NCBI GenBank assembly: GCA_037388465.1
Contig: JARRKE010000014.1
Location: forward strand, 19,848-83,847
Reading direction: 5' to 3'
Length of the DNA stretch: 64,000 nucleotides
Source of the DNA: Gammaproteobacteria bacterium
Lineage (GTDB): Bacteria > Pseudomonadota > Gammaproteobacteria > SpSt-1174
The notes under the pieces were generated by a model. It was not told the origin of the DNA and ran no database searches. It saw nothing but the letters and a program-made list of their open reading frames with translations. Positions 26,918 through 37,726 of this stretch are shown one piece after another. The translations under genes were made by a program, and so were the position numbers. Each line of letters opens with the position of its first letter. Position 1 is the stretch's first letter.

Positions 26918-28339
26918 TCACTGGGCGAACAGCTTCAGGTCGAGCGAGCCCATCGCCATCTGCAGGCCGGCGCGCTGCATGATCTGCTGATAGTGGGCGG
27001 CGATCAGGTCGGCCCGCGCCTTGTCGAGCTGCGCCTGGGCCGACAGCAGGTTCGTCAGCGTGGAAATGCCTTTTTCGTAACGCAGGCGTTCGAGGCGCTC
27101 GGCCTCTTCGGCCTGCTCGACCGCCAGGGACTTCACCTGCACGCGTTCATCCGCCAGTTGCGCGTCACGCCAGGCCTTGTCCACCTGCAGCGTCAGCTTG
27201 TTCCGCATTTCGTGGAGCCTGGCCTCGGCTTGGATGCGCCGGGCCTGAGCCTGGTCGTAAGCGCCGCCGCGGCTGCCGAGGTCCAGCAGCTTCCAGGACA
27301 GCACCCCGGCCACCGTGTTGGACTGGTTATGGAAACCGCCGCCCAGCGTTTCCTGGTTCCACTCGCGGCTGAGCTGCATATTGAAGTGCGGCATGTAATC
27401 GGCGCGCGCGACCGTCACCCCGGCCTGCGCGGCCCGCAACTGCGCCTGAAGCGCGGCAATGCCGGGGTTGTTGGTCAGTGCCGTTTTGATCACGCCGTCC
27501 AGCGACCCCTGGGGCATGGGCGGCGGCATCACCGCTTCGACCGAAATGGGCCGATCCGACGACAGGCCGGTGAGGATGCGCAGCTGGGTCAGGGTGTTGC
27601 CCAGTTGGATCTGCGCCTGACGCGCCTTGAGCTGGGTATCGCCCAGGTTGAGTTGCGCGGTCAGTTGCTCGCTCTTGGACACGACCCCGCGATTGAACAG
27701 GTTGTTGGTGGTCTTGACGTAGGATTGCGCCGCCTGTTCCGCCTTCTGGGATACGCCCACGAAGGCCTGCGCGGCACGCACCCCCTCGTAGGCCTTGAGC
27801 ACCTCGAGGATGACCTGCTGGTGCGCCATTTCGTCTCCCTTGCGGGCGGCGCGCACATAGGCCTCGGCCTGCTGCACGTAGCCCAGGATCTTGCCGCCGT
27901 TGAAGATCGGCACGTCCAGCTGCAGCTTGGTCTGGTAGTTACGGTAATACCCCGGGTAGTTGAGATTGTCCGGGGCGACGAACAGGCTGGCCGGGCCGGT
28001 GAACTGCCCCGCCCCGAAATCGTTGAAGGTGGCCTGACGCTGGTTCAGCTTCATGCCGAAAACGTTCAGGGCATTGTCGCTCCCCATCCCGGCCTCGGAC
28101 AGGGTCAGGCTCGGCAGGCCGTGGCCGCGGGCCTCCTTGAGGCCGCCACGTGCCTCCGTCAGCTTGGCGCGCGCCAACATCATCTCCGGTGTCTGCTGCA
28201 GGGCCATCTGAACGGCCTCGGTAAATCCCAGCTGGCGTGCGGCCGGCTCCGCAAAGGCTGCCGGCATGGCCAACCCCAGCAGCAAAGGGGTTAACCCGGC
28301 CCGCATCAGTGGCCAAAATCGTCTACACATGGGTCGCAT
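26918..28339 (-). CDS. TolC-family outer membrane efflux factor
   Basis: 473 aa with a signal peptide, a duplicated OEP-type helical repeat architecture, and many Q/A/L-rich coiled segments. Confidence 0.85.
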   Translation of the reverse strand: MRPMCRRFWPLMRAGLTPLLLGLAMPAAFAEPAARQLGFTEAVQMALQQTPEMMLARAKLTEARGGLKEARGHGLPSLTLSEAGMGSDNALNVFGMKLNQRQATFNDFGAGQFTGPASLFVAPDNLNYPGYYRNYQTKLQLDVPIFNGGKILGYVQQAEAYVRAARKGDEMAHQQVILEVLKAYEGVRAAQAFVGVSQKAEQAAQSYVKTTNNLFNRGVVSKSEQLTAQLNLGDTQLKARQAQIQLGNTLTQLRILTGLSSDRPISVEAVMPPPMPQGSLDGVIKTALTNNPGIAALQAQLRAAQAGVTVARADYMPHFNMQLSREWNQETLGGGFHNQSNTVAGVLSWKLLDLGSRGGAYDQAQARRIQAEARLHEMRNKLTLQVDKAWRDAQLADERVQVKSLAVEQAEEAERLERLRYEKGISTLTNLLSAQAQLDKARADLIAAHYQQIMQRAGLQMAMGSLDLKLFAQ

Positions 28340-28588
28340 CAGCTCTTTTCCCGATTTTTTGAGTTATTCGAAGCAACTCTCAAAACCATGCCGCCGGTCT
28401 GACGGCCGGAAACATGGTTGAGTGAACAGGTTGGTATATTAGTAATTTCTTATATTCTTTTTTGCAACCCCTGGCGGGTGACAAATATCAAAATAAGCAT
28501 AGACGATGCCTGTTGCCGCTGACCGATACACGGCGCGTGTCACCTACGTTAAACTAGGTGCGGTTTCACCTCTGTGTCAGGAGTCGGA

Positions 28589-29089
28589 ATGCCCAACACG
28601 CTACGCATTGCCCGCCTGGGGCTACTCGGTCTCACGCTGGTCGCCACGCCCGCGCTGGCCGTCGTGTTCAAATGGATAGACGCCAACGGCAACGTCCACT
28701 ACAGCCAGCAGCCGCCCGAGCACGTCAAGAACTATCAGGAGCTTGACATCAACATCGCGCCCGGCGCCGCGACCACGACCCGGGCTGCGCCCGGCGATAC
28801 CGGCAATGCCGGCGAAGGCACAGACCAGAACGCTGATAAGACCAAGTCCAAGGAAGGCGGTAAACCCGCCCAGAATCAGCCAAGCGCGGAGCAGGCCGCC
28901 GCCCAGAAAAAGGCGGAGGCCGATCAGAAAAAGCGCAACTGCGAAATCGCCCAGCAGAACCTCAAGGCCCTGCAGGGCGGCCGCCGCGTGATGATGCGTG
29001 ACGGCGACCAGCAGCGCTACGTATCCGACGCGGAACGCAGCGACATGGTCAAGAAGGCCCAGGAAGACATCCAGAAATACTGCAACTAA
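28589..29089 (+). CDS. DUF4124-domain secreted protein
   Basis: It has a signal peptide, then VVFKWIDANGNVHYSQQPP (the DUF4124 signature), then a Lys/Ala/Gln-rich tail. AGGAG lies 6 nt upstream of the ATG at 28589. Confidence 0.7.
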   Translation: MPNTLRIARLGLLGLTLVATPALAVVFKWIDANGNVHYSQQPPEHVKNYQELDINIAPGAATTTRAAPGDTGNAGEGTDQNADKTKSKEGGKPAQNQPSAEQAAAQKKAEADQKKRNCEIAQQNLKALQGGRRVMMRDGDQQRYVSDAERSDMVKKAQEDIQKYCN

Positions 29090-29104
29090 GGCAACGACAC
29101 GGTC

Positions 29105-29449
29105 ATGCCCCTGATTTCCATCGAAAGCAATGTGCTGCAAAGCGATGCCGACTACAGCGAACTGCTCGACGAACTCTCGGCCCACGTCGCCCAGGCGCTG
29201 GGCAAACCCGAGTCCTACGTCATGGTGCGCCTGGTACCGAACGAACGCATGCTGTTCGCCGGCAGCCCGGAACCGCTGGCCTTCGTGGAGCTCAAGAGCA
29301 TCGGCCTGCCCGAATCGGCCACGGCCGGGCTGTCCAAGGGTCTCAGCGAGCTGATCGAGACCCGGCTGGGCGTGCCGGCCGACCGCACCTATATCGAATT
29401 CGCCGATGCTCCCCGTCGCTACTGGGGCTGGAACGGCTCAACCTTCTAG
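29105..29449 (+). CDS. MIF/phenylpyruvate-tautomerase-family protein
   Basis: The N-terminal MPLISIESN has the catalytic Pro-1 context; 114 aa. Confidence 0.75.
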   Translation: MPLISIESNVLQSDADYSELLDELSAHVAQALGKPESYVMVRLVPNERMLFAGSPEPLAFVELKSIGLPESATAGLSKGLSELIETRLGVPADRTYIEFADAPRRYWGWNGSTF

Positions 29450-29664
29450 CAGACCTTTGTTGTCTACGCATACGGCACGATAGGGCGTCAAAATCAGGCT
29501 CAAAATGCTCATTTACACTCAAGTAAACTGCGCTTCCTCGCCCGATTTTTCCTTCTCTCGTACTCGCCTGAGCGACAACAACGGCCTGCTATTGCACTAG
29601 AACCCTAAACCGACCGCACCGGGCCGGCGGCGCCCCCGCCTGCCCGTCTCACGGAAACCAACCC

Positions 29665-31383
29665 ATGCTCGTATCCCGCTACCCCCTTGCCACGCTCAAA
29701 GAAACCCCGGCCGACGCCGAGATCGTCAGCCATCAGCTCATGTTGCGTGCCGGTCTGATCCGCCGCCTGGCCTCCGGCCTGTATACCTGGATGCCCTACG
29801 GGCTGCGGGTGCTGCGCAAGGTGGAACGCATCGTGCGCGAGGAGATGGACCGCGCCGGGGCGCTTGAGGTACTGATGCCCTCGGTACAGCCTGCCGAGCT
29901 GTGGCAGGAATCCGGCCGCTGGGATCAGTACGGACCCGAACTGCTGCGCCTCAAGGACCGCCACGACCGCGAGTTCTGCTATGGCCCGACGCACGAGGAG
30001 ATCATCACCGATCTGGCCCGGCGCGAGCTCAAGAGCTACAAGCAGCTGCCGGTGAACTTCTACCAGATACAGACCAAGTTCCGCGACGAGATCCGCCCGC
30101 GTTTCGGGGTCATGCGAGCCCGCGAATTCCTGATGAAGGATGCCTATTCCTTTCATCTCGACGAGGCCTCACTGAACGAAACCTACCAGGTGATGTACGA
30201 GACCTACACCCGGATCTTCACTCGCCTGGGTCTCGATTTCCGCGCCGTGCATGCGGATACCGGCAGCATCGGCGGCAGTCTTTCCCATGAATTCCACGTC
30301 CTCGCCGCTTCAGGCGAGGACGCCATCGCCTTCTCGGACAGCGGCGGCTATGCGGCCAACGTCGAGCTCGCCGAAGCCGTGGCGCCGCAGCACGCCCAGC
30401 CCGAAGCCGGCGAAGAACTGCGTCTGGTCGATACCCCCGACGCCCGCACCATCGATGATCTGGTCACCCGGTTCGACGTGCCCGTCGAACGCACGGTGAA
30501 AACCCTGATCGTGCATGCCGCCGAAGAGAGCGACGCGGACCTGGTCGCCCTGCTGGTGCGCGGCGATCACGAGCTTAACGCCATCAAGGCGGAAAAACTG
30601 CCCGAGGTTGCCGCGCCGTTGTGTTTCGCCAGCGAGGCGGAGATTCGTACCGCGATCGGCGCGGGACCGGGCTCGCTCGGTCCGGTCAACCTGCCCATTC
30701 CCTGCATCGTGGACCGCAGCGTCGCGGGGCTGGCCGACTTTACGGCCGGCGCCAACACCGACGGCAAGCATTACTTCGGCATCAACTGGGGGCGCGACGT
30801 GGCGCTGCCGCAGGTGGCCGACCTGCGCAACGTGGTGGCCGGCGATCCCAGCCCCGATGGCAACGGCACGCTATCCATCGTGCGCGGCATTGAGGTGGGA
30901 CACATCTTCCAGCTCGGCCGCAAGTACAGCGAGACCCTGCAGGCCAGCGTCCTGGACGAGGAGGGCAAGCCGGTGATCACCACCATGGGCTGCTACGGCA
31001 TCGGCGTCTCGCGCGTGGTGGCGGCCGCCATCGAGCAGAATCACGACGAGCAGGGCATCATCTGGCCCGCAGCCATCGCCCCCTTCCAGGTCGTGCTCGT
31101 CCCGATCAACATGCACAAGTCGCAGCGCCTGCGCGAGGCCGTCATGCAACTGCACGACACCCTGCTGGATGCCGGCATCGAAGTGCTGCTGGACGACCGT
31201 GACGCGCGGCCCGGCGTCATGTTCGCCGACATGGAACTGATCGGCATTCCGCATCGGGTGGTGCTCGGGGAACGCGGCCTGGACGCCGGTGAGGTGGAAT
31301 ACAAGGGCCGCCGCGACACGGACAGCATGCAGGTCCCGATGGCGGAACTGATCGGCTTTTTGAAAGACCGGCTGAAGAACTGA
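29665..31383 (+). CDS. proS: Proline--tRNA ligase
   Basis: 572 aa with class II aaRS motifs and an N-terminal block [27 protein letters not shown], typical of bacterial ProS with an editing domain. Confidence 0.95.
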   Translation: MLVSRYPLATLKETPADAEIVSHQLMLRAGLIRRLASGLYTWMPYGLRVLRKVERIVREEMDRAGALEVLMPSVQPAELWQESGRWDQYGPELLRLKDRHDREFCYGPTHEEIITDLARRELKSYKQLPVNFYQIQTKFRDEIRPRFGVMRAREFLMKDAYSFHLDEASLNETYQVMYETYTRIFTRLGLDFRAVHADTGSIGGSLSHEFHVLAASGEDAIAFSDSGGYAANVELAEAVAPQHAQPEAGEELRLVDTPDARTIDDLVTRFDVPVERTVKTLIVHAAEESDADLVALLVRGDHELNAIKAEKLPEVAAPLCFASEAEIRTAIGAGPGSLGPVNLPIPCIVDRSVAGLADFTAGANTDGKHYFGINWGRDVALPQVADLRNVVAGDPSPDGNGTLSIVRGIEVGHIFQLGRKYSETLQASVLDEEGKPVITTMGCYGIGVSRVVAAAIEQNHDEQGIIWPAAIAPFQVVLVPINMHKSQRLREAVMQLHDTLLDAGIEVLLDDRDARPGVMFADMELIGIPHRVVLGERGLDAGEVEYKGRRDTDSMQVPMAELIGFLKDRLKN

Positions 31384-31426
31384 AGCCGCGCGCATCGGCA
31401 AGCGGCGCCCGCTTCAGAGACGGGCG

Positions 31427-33217
31427 CTAGTGCTGGTGTTCCAGTGCGGCGACCTTCATCACCTCGCTGATGGTGGTCAGGCCGGCCGCCACCTTCTGGG
31501 CGCCGTTGATGCGCAGCGGCTTCATGCCGTCCTTGAGACAGATGCGGCCCAGTTCGTCGAGATCGGTATCCGGTTTGATATGAGCCCGGATCGTCTTGCT
31601 GACCGGCAACAGCTCGTAGACCGCCACCCGCCCCATGTAACCCGTCTGCCGGCATTCCAGACATCCGACCGGTTCGTAGGCCGTCTTGGGCGGCGCCACC
31701 TTCCACGGATTGACCAGCTCCTGCCAGGCCGCGACATCCACTTCGCCGGGACGCTTGCAGTGCGGGCACAGGGTGCGCACCAGACGCTGTGCCAGCACGC
31801 CCAACAGGGTGGCATTGAGCAGATAGGGCGGCACGCCCAGATCCAGCATGCGGGTGATGGCGGAAGGCGCGTCGTTGGTGTGCAGGGTGGAAAACACCAG
31901 ATGGCCGGTCAACGCGGCCTGGATGCTCATTTCGGCGGTCTCCAGGTCGCGGATCTCGCCGACCATGATGATGTCCGGATCCTGGCGCAGCAGGGTGCGC
32001 ATGCCGCTGGCGAAATCCAGGCCGATGTTGTGCTGCACCTGCATCTGATTGAAGCTCGCATCGAGCAGCTCGATCGGATCCTCCACCGTGCACACGTTGA
32101 CCTCAGGGCGGGCCAGCTCCTTGAGCGTCGAATACAGGGTCGTGGTCTTGCCCGAGCCGGTCGGCCCCGTCACCAGCAGAATCCCGTTCGGCTCATGGAT
32201 AAGCGAGCGCCAGGTTTCGACGTCGGCGTTGCTGAATCCCAGGGCATGCGGATCCTTGACCAGCACCTCGGGATCGAAAATACGCATCACCAGCTTTTCG
32301 CCGAAGGCGGTCGGCATGGTCGAGAGTCGCAGCTCCACCTCGCGCCCGTCCGGCGAACGGGTCTTGATGCGGCCGTCCTGGGGCCGGCGTTTTTCGGCCA
32401 CGTCCATGCGCCCGAGGATCTTGATACGGCTGGTCACCGCGGCCATGACGGCGCTGGGGATCTGATAGACCTGATGCAGCACACCGTCGATACGAAAGCG
32501 GACGTTGGCATGTTCGCGGCGCGGTTCCAGATGAATATCGCTGGCGCGCTGATCGAAGGCGTACTGCAGCAGCCAGTCGACGATACTGACCACGTGCTGG
32601 TCGTTGGCGTCCAGCTGGCCGCGCCGGCCCAGCTCCATGAGCTGCTCGAGGTTCTGGATACCGGCGCCGGGCGCGCCCCTGCTGTCCTCCTGGGTGGCGC
32701 CGATGACGGAGCGCGACAGGGTGTAGAACTCCAGCAGATAGCGCTTGATGTCCTCGGGATTGGCGATCACCCGTTTGATCTGCTTGCCGAGCAACTGCGA
32801 CAGCTCCTCGACCCACTCGCCCTGATAGGGCGTGGTGCAGGCGATCGTCACGCTCTCGTCTTCCACCTTGACGGCCAGAATGTTGAAACGCGCCGCATAG
32901 GCATAGGACATGACGCCGGTGATGGCGCGCACGTCCAGGCGCAGCGGATCGATGCGCAGATACGGCAGATCGCTGCGTTCGGCCAGCCACTGACTCAGGA
33001 ATTCCAGCGACAGGGTGGTTTTCGGATCGCGCAGATTCGGCCAGCCGCGTTCCGCAACCACCGACAGGGGGTGTTTCTCCCGGCGTTCCTGCGGCAGCAC
33101 CACGCGCTTCAGCATGGCCGCCTTTTCGTTCTCCAGCATCCCGTCGCCGACCAGGTCGTCGAGGACCTCGTCGAGCCCGAGGTGTTTGCCATTCGCCAGG
33201 GTGGAAGGTTGCAACAT
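31427..33217 (-). CDS. GspE/PilB/MshE-family secretion ATPase (orphan; no GspF/pilin partner genes in the window)
   Basis: Walker A is GPTGSGKTTT and Walker B is DIIMVGEIRD. His-box and Asp-box motifs are present. There is a C-terminal tetracysteine (CPHC...CLEC) and an N-terminal T2SSE_N-like domain. The start ATG at 33217 overlaps the acylphosphatase stop (ATGA). The ORF-track N-terminal extension was rejected. Confidence 0.85.
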   Translation of the reverse strand: MLQPSTLANGKHLGLDEVLDDLVGDGMLENEKAAMLKRVVLPQERREKHPLSVVAERGWPNLRDPKTTLSLEFLSQWLAERSDLPYLRIDPLRLDVRAITGVMSYAYAARFNILAVKVEDESVTIACTTPYQGEWVEELSQLLGKQIKRVIANPEDIKRYLLEFYTLSRSVIGATQEDSRGAPGAGIQNLEQLMELGRRGQLDANDQHVVSIVDWLLQYAFDQRASDIHLEPRREHANVRFRIDGVLHQVYQIPSAVMAAVTSRIKILGRMDVAEKRRPQDGRIKTRSPDGREVELRLSTMPTAFGEKLVMRIFDPEVLVKDPHALGFSNADVETWRSLIHEPNGILLVTGPTGSGKTTTLYSTLKELARPEVNVCTVEDPIELLDASFNQMQVQHNIGLDFASGMRTLLRQDPDIIMVGEIRDLETAEMSIQAALTGHLVFSTLHTNDAPSAITRMLDLGVPPYLLNATLLGVLAQRLVRTLCPHCKRPGEVDVAAWQELVNPWKVAPPKTAYEPVGCLECRQTGYMGRVAVYELLPVSKTIRAHIKPDTDLDELGRICLKDGMKPLRINGAQKVAAGLTTISEVMKVAALEHQH

Positions 33218-33513
33218 CAGATTAGTGTCCTTTTGATCTCGAAGTCCGAGGTCGCGATCGACGCGGTTTCCTCGGGATGCGCTACACGAGTCTGCACAAG
33301 ATCCACCACGGCGTGAGGCGGTCCCTGCGCCAGCCAGCGTTCGAAGGCCTCGAGCTGAGGCTCGGCGCCGCAGGCCACTGCCTCCACATCGCCATCGGGC
33401 AGGTTGCGCACCCAGCCGGAGAGACCGAGCGCCTGCCCCTGCGCCTGAGCGGAGGCGCGATAAAACACGCCCTGCACCCGACCCGAAACCCGATACCGCC
33501 GGCAGTCGCTCAT
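33217..33513 (-). CDS. acyP: Acylphosphatase
   Basis: 98 aa with the VSGRVQGVFYR signature. Confidence 0.8.
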   Translation of the reverse strand: MSDCRRYRVSGRVQGVFYRASAQAQGQALGLSGWVRNLPDGDVEAVACGAEPQLEAFERWLAQGPPHAVVDLVQTRVAHPEETASIATSDFEIKRTLI

Positions 33514-34784
33514 GAAGATTCAGGCTCTTCGTCGGCAGAGGAGGCAGGCGTCGGCTGTTCGGGGAGATACATGTCCGCCAAACGGACGTCGAGGGCGCGG
33601 GAAAGTTCATCCGAGATGCTATCCAGACGCTCCGCCAGACGCCGGTTCCAGACATCGCGCTCCCGCCAGGGACCGTGCAGCGTCGGCAGCATAAACCCGC
33701 CATGCTCGTAGAGTTCGTGCAGGCTGACCGCATGCAGGTCGCGGCTCAATACCCACCTGCCCGCCTGGGAACGAATGACGTACTGTAGCAATTGCAGCCG
33801 TTCGAGGACCCGGCGCGTCGCATCCTGGGTTAGCTGAGGCTCGCGCGTCGACAACTGGGAAACCGCAAGCGCTTCGCCTTTTTGCTGCGCCTCCCACAAC
33901 AATCCCACCACCCGGTAGGCATCGACCAGGGTCATGGCCGACTCGCTGCGCTGAATGTGATGGGACAGGCAATCATGGCTCAGGCAGAACACAACCTGTG
34001 CGCCCAGCAGGATAATCGCCCAGGAGATGTAAACCCATAACAAAAAGATCGGGATGGCGGAAAATGCGCCGTAGATCGCTTCGTAGCCGGGGAAATGCGT
34101 TACATAAAGCACGAATCCCTTTTTGGCGAGTTCGAACAGGACCGCTGCCAGCACACCCCCGACCAGGGCATGCTTGAACTGGACCCGTGCCCGTGGCACC
34201 GCCAGATACAACATGGTGAATGCAGCGGTCTCCAGCAAACCGGGCAGAATGCGAATCAGCATGGTGTTCAGCCAGCCCGGGCTGTAACTGCTGAAATAGC
34301 CATGCGACAGGGTGGTGAGGTAGGAGGTGATCACGAACCCGCCGCCGATCAGGAACGGGCCCAGGGTCAGAATCGCCCAGTAGACCAGGAATCCCGTCAA
34401 CACGTTGCGATGGCGGGTCGAGCGCCAGATCGTGTTCAAGGCCATATCGATCGTGAACAACGTCATCAAGGCCGTTACCAGCAGCCCGAAAATACCCGGC
34501 AGGGTCAGTTTGGAGGCCTTGGAGGTAAATCCCAGCAGATAATCGTGAATCACCTGGCCGGAGGTCGGCATCAGATGTTCAAGCGCCAGGTCGATGATCC
34601 GATTGCCGATGCTTTCGAATTCCGGGCGTGTGGATAAAAACAACAGCACCACGGTCACCAGCGGCACGAGCGACAACAGCGCGGTGTACGAGAGGGCCGC
34701 GGACATGCGCAGACAACCATCGTCATTGAAGCGCCGCACTACCGCAGTCACGAATTGGAGCAGACGTTTGAAATCCAGCCTCAT
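33510..34784 (-). CDS. YihY/BrkB-family inner membrane protein with a C-terminal cytoplasmic extension
   Basis: It has a 6-TM YihY core (LSYTALLSLVPL...) plus an approximately 130-aa C-terminal domain; 424 aa. Confidence 0.85.
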   Translation of the reverse strand: MRLDFKRLLQFVTAVVRRFNDDGCLRMSAALSYTALLSLVPLVTVVLLFLSTRPEFESIGNRIIDLALEHLMPTSGQVIHDYLLGFTSKASKLTLPGIFGLLVTALMTLFTIDMALNTIWRSTRHRNVLTGFLVYWAILTLGPFLIGGGFVITSYLTTLSHGYFSSYSPGWLNTMLIRILPGLLETAAFTMLYLAVPRARVQFKHALVGGVLAAVLFELAKKGFVLYVTHFPGYEAIYGAFSAIPIFLLWVYISWAIILLGAQVVFCLSHDCLSHHIQRSESAMTLVDAYRVVGLLWEAQQKGEALAVSQLSTREPQLTQDATRRVLERLQLLQYVIRSQAGRWVLSRDLHAVSLHELYEHGGFMLPTLHGPWRERDVWNRRLAERLDSISDELSRALDVRLADMYLPEQPTPASSADEEPESS

Positions 34785-35509
34785 GTGTCGGAAGCGGTCG
34801 GCTCGCCGAGCTTCCAGGCGCCGCGATGCTTGGCGTGATCGACCGCCTTGTCGACCTCGGCCTGAGTCGGGCTCTGGTTGATGGCGAACACCTGACCGGG
34901 GTAGATCAGGTCGGGATCATGAATCTTGCCGGCGTTGGCCTTGTAGATCAGCGGCCACTCGTAAGGGTTGCCGTAAGTGGACGGCATCTTGGCGATGTTC
35001 CAGAGGTTGTCACCGTGCATCACGGTGTAGCTCATCATCTTCGCCGCGGACATGGCACCGATCTTCATGACCAGATCGTAGGCCTTCTTGCCTTCGCTGT
35101 TTGCGTAGGCTTCCTCGGCCTGCTTCAGGAGATCCTGCTGCTCGGCGCTCAGGTTGTTCATTTTCTTGTATTCATCGATCTTGAACTTGGCCTGATTCAG
35201 GTAATACTGGTTCACGCCGCCGTCACCCATCTTCTTGGCCTTGTTGGCGAGTTCTTCGGCCTTGGCATAATCGCCTGCGTCATAAGCCTTCTGGGCGTCC
35301 TTCAGGAGATTCACGCCGGTGGTCCACTCGAAACCCAGCTTCTTGGCTTCAGCGAGGGATGCCTTGGCGGCGTTGATGGCCTGTTCGGCCGCAGCCTGGC
35401 TGCCCGCAGGAGCCGCTTCGGTAGCTTGCTCGCTGGTGGTTGCGCAACCTACTGCCAAGCCCATGGCCAGCATACTCACGGCCAAGAGTTTCAGGAGGGT
35501 TGATTTCAT
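34781..35509 (-). CDS. LysM-domain lipoprotein
   Basis: It has a lipobox (LAVGC) and a C-terminal LysM motif (YTVMHGDNLWNIAK...IYPGQVF). Confidence 0.75.
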   Translation of the reverse strand: MKSTLLKLLAVSMLAMGLAVGCATTSEQATEAAPAGSQAAAEQAINAAKASLAEAKKLGFEWTTGVNLLKDAQKAYDAGDYAKAEELANKAKKMGDGGVNQYYLNQAKFKIDEYKKMNNLSAEQQDLLKQAEEAYANSEGKKAYDLVMKIGAMSAAKMMSYTVMHGDNLWNIAKMPSTYGNPYEWPLIYKANAGKIHDPDLIYPGQVFAINQSPTQAEVDKAVDHAKHRGAWKLGEPTASDT

Positions 35510-35603
35510 AAAATCGCTCCTATTCTTTTCGGGTGGTAATTAGAGTTCGAGAACGGCTGTCGGAAAGCTAACACCCCCTCAAAACCCCTGTCAAGAAATG
35601 GAA

Positions 35604-35957
35604 TCAGGGGCTACCGCGGGCACGCAACGCGGCAACGCGCGCTTCTATGTACAGGTCCTTGGCGCGCGCCGCCTGCTCATGCGCGGTGTCGTAATCCTGG
35701 ATATGCAATGCCTCTTCGGCATGATGCAGCGCCGTTTCGGCCTGTTCGAAAACCGCTGCGGCATGTTGCGGCGCCCCTGCGGCCACGGCGGCCTGGCGCG
35801 CCTGACGCGCATCCGACATCTCTTGCACCGGCGCACCGGCACATCCCGCCACGATCAACGTCAGCAGGAACAGGAGTGCTATTTGACGTACGGGCAACTT
35901 CTGTTGCACAGGTATGATTAGGGTGGTTCGAGTCAACGCCGCGTCTTTATAATGCAT
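35604..35957 (-). CDS. Small lipoprotein (DUF4398-like)
   Basis: It has a lipobox (IVAGCAG) and an Ala/Gln-rich helical body. The start is uncertain; the ATG at 35957 was chosen. Confidence 0.45.
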   Translation of the reverse strand: MHYKDAALTRTTLIIPVQQKLPVRQIALLFLLTLIVAGCAGAPVQEMSDARQARQAAVAAGAPQHAAAVFEQAETALHHAEEALHIQDYDTAHEQAARAKDLYIEARVAALRARGSP

Positions 35958-36017
35958 CGGCCGTTCGTATATTTGAAAAAACGCTAGCACCAGGCACACA
36001 GAGCGTCAAGGAGAGTA

Positions 36018-36975
<958 letters not shown>

Positions 36976-36976
<1 letters not shown>

Positions 36977-37335
36977 TGTTGGCATTGACCCGTTGGATGA
37001 CGCTTGCCGGCGTCGCGGGCGTGACCCTCAGCCTGGCGCTGCAGATCCTGCTGCCGGTCACGGGGCCCCACCTCGGTCTGCGCAGCTTCCTGCTGCTGCT
37101 CCTGCTCACCCCGCTGGTCGCGGGGCTGCCGGGACTGGTCGCCGCCAGACCCTATACCCATGCCTGGATCAGCATGGCGGCATTGTTCTATTTCACCATC
37201 GGGGTATGGAACGCAGCCGGCAGCGCGTCGCGCCCCTGGGGCATTGCGGAGATCATCGCCAGCCTGCTGCTGTTCATCGGCGCCGTCCTGTTCACCCGGC
37301 TCAAGGCCCGCAGCCTGCGCGACAGCGCCCAATGA
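36976..37335 (+). CDS. DUF2069-like small membrane protein
   Basis: The ATG overlaps the wrbA stop (ATGA). It has 3-4 TM helices. A conserved wrbA-DUF2069 pairing is known in pseudomonads. Confidence 0.6.
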
Positions 37336-37614
37336 GGCCTCTCTACACCCCGTCTTTTGGTTTGGCTCTTCACACCTGACGCTTCACCGATTAATCCCCG
37401 TTGGCCGCGCCCGGAACGCCCCGCAATGGACTGACCAGGAGCCGTCAGGGCGCGTGACGGATCACGCGCGTCTTTCGTCAGGCCAGGGATGGCCTGTCGA
37501 AAGACCTCCGGTCAGACCGCGGGGTGTGAAGGTGATGTGCAGGAATGCACGAATGCCGACGCACCAAGGAGGCAGCGCGTTGGTACAGCGCGGCCGTGGG
37601 GCGCCCTTTCTTCC

Positions 37615-37646
37615 GCCGGGTTCTTTGGGCGAGCAAAGAACCCGGC
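37615..37646. other. Perfect 13-bp stem-loop (gccgggttctttg ggcgag caaagaacccggc) in a 390-bp non-coding region
   Basis: Read directly. There is no adjacent U-tract on either strand. Confidence 0.4.
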
Positions 37647-37726
37647 TCGCGCATTGAGATAAAAGTCTATTAGAAACGCACGCCCATAAATGCGCGAAAC
37701 AATCCCACTAAGCTAACTAAGAGCGT

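Noticed and set aside
31404-31427. Hairpin gcgcccg-cttcagaga-cgggcgc between proS and the GspE-like gene as a terminator
   Set aside because: There is no U-tract on either strand. It may still contribute to termination, but it is too weak to call.
33218-33733. 172-aa N-terminal extension of the GspE-like ORF in the ORF track
   Set aside because: It is an Arg/Ser/Gly-rich low-complexity extension that overlaps the acylphosphatase gene in another frame. A proper ATG at 33217 begins the conserved T2SSE_N domain and overlaps the acyP stop.
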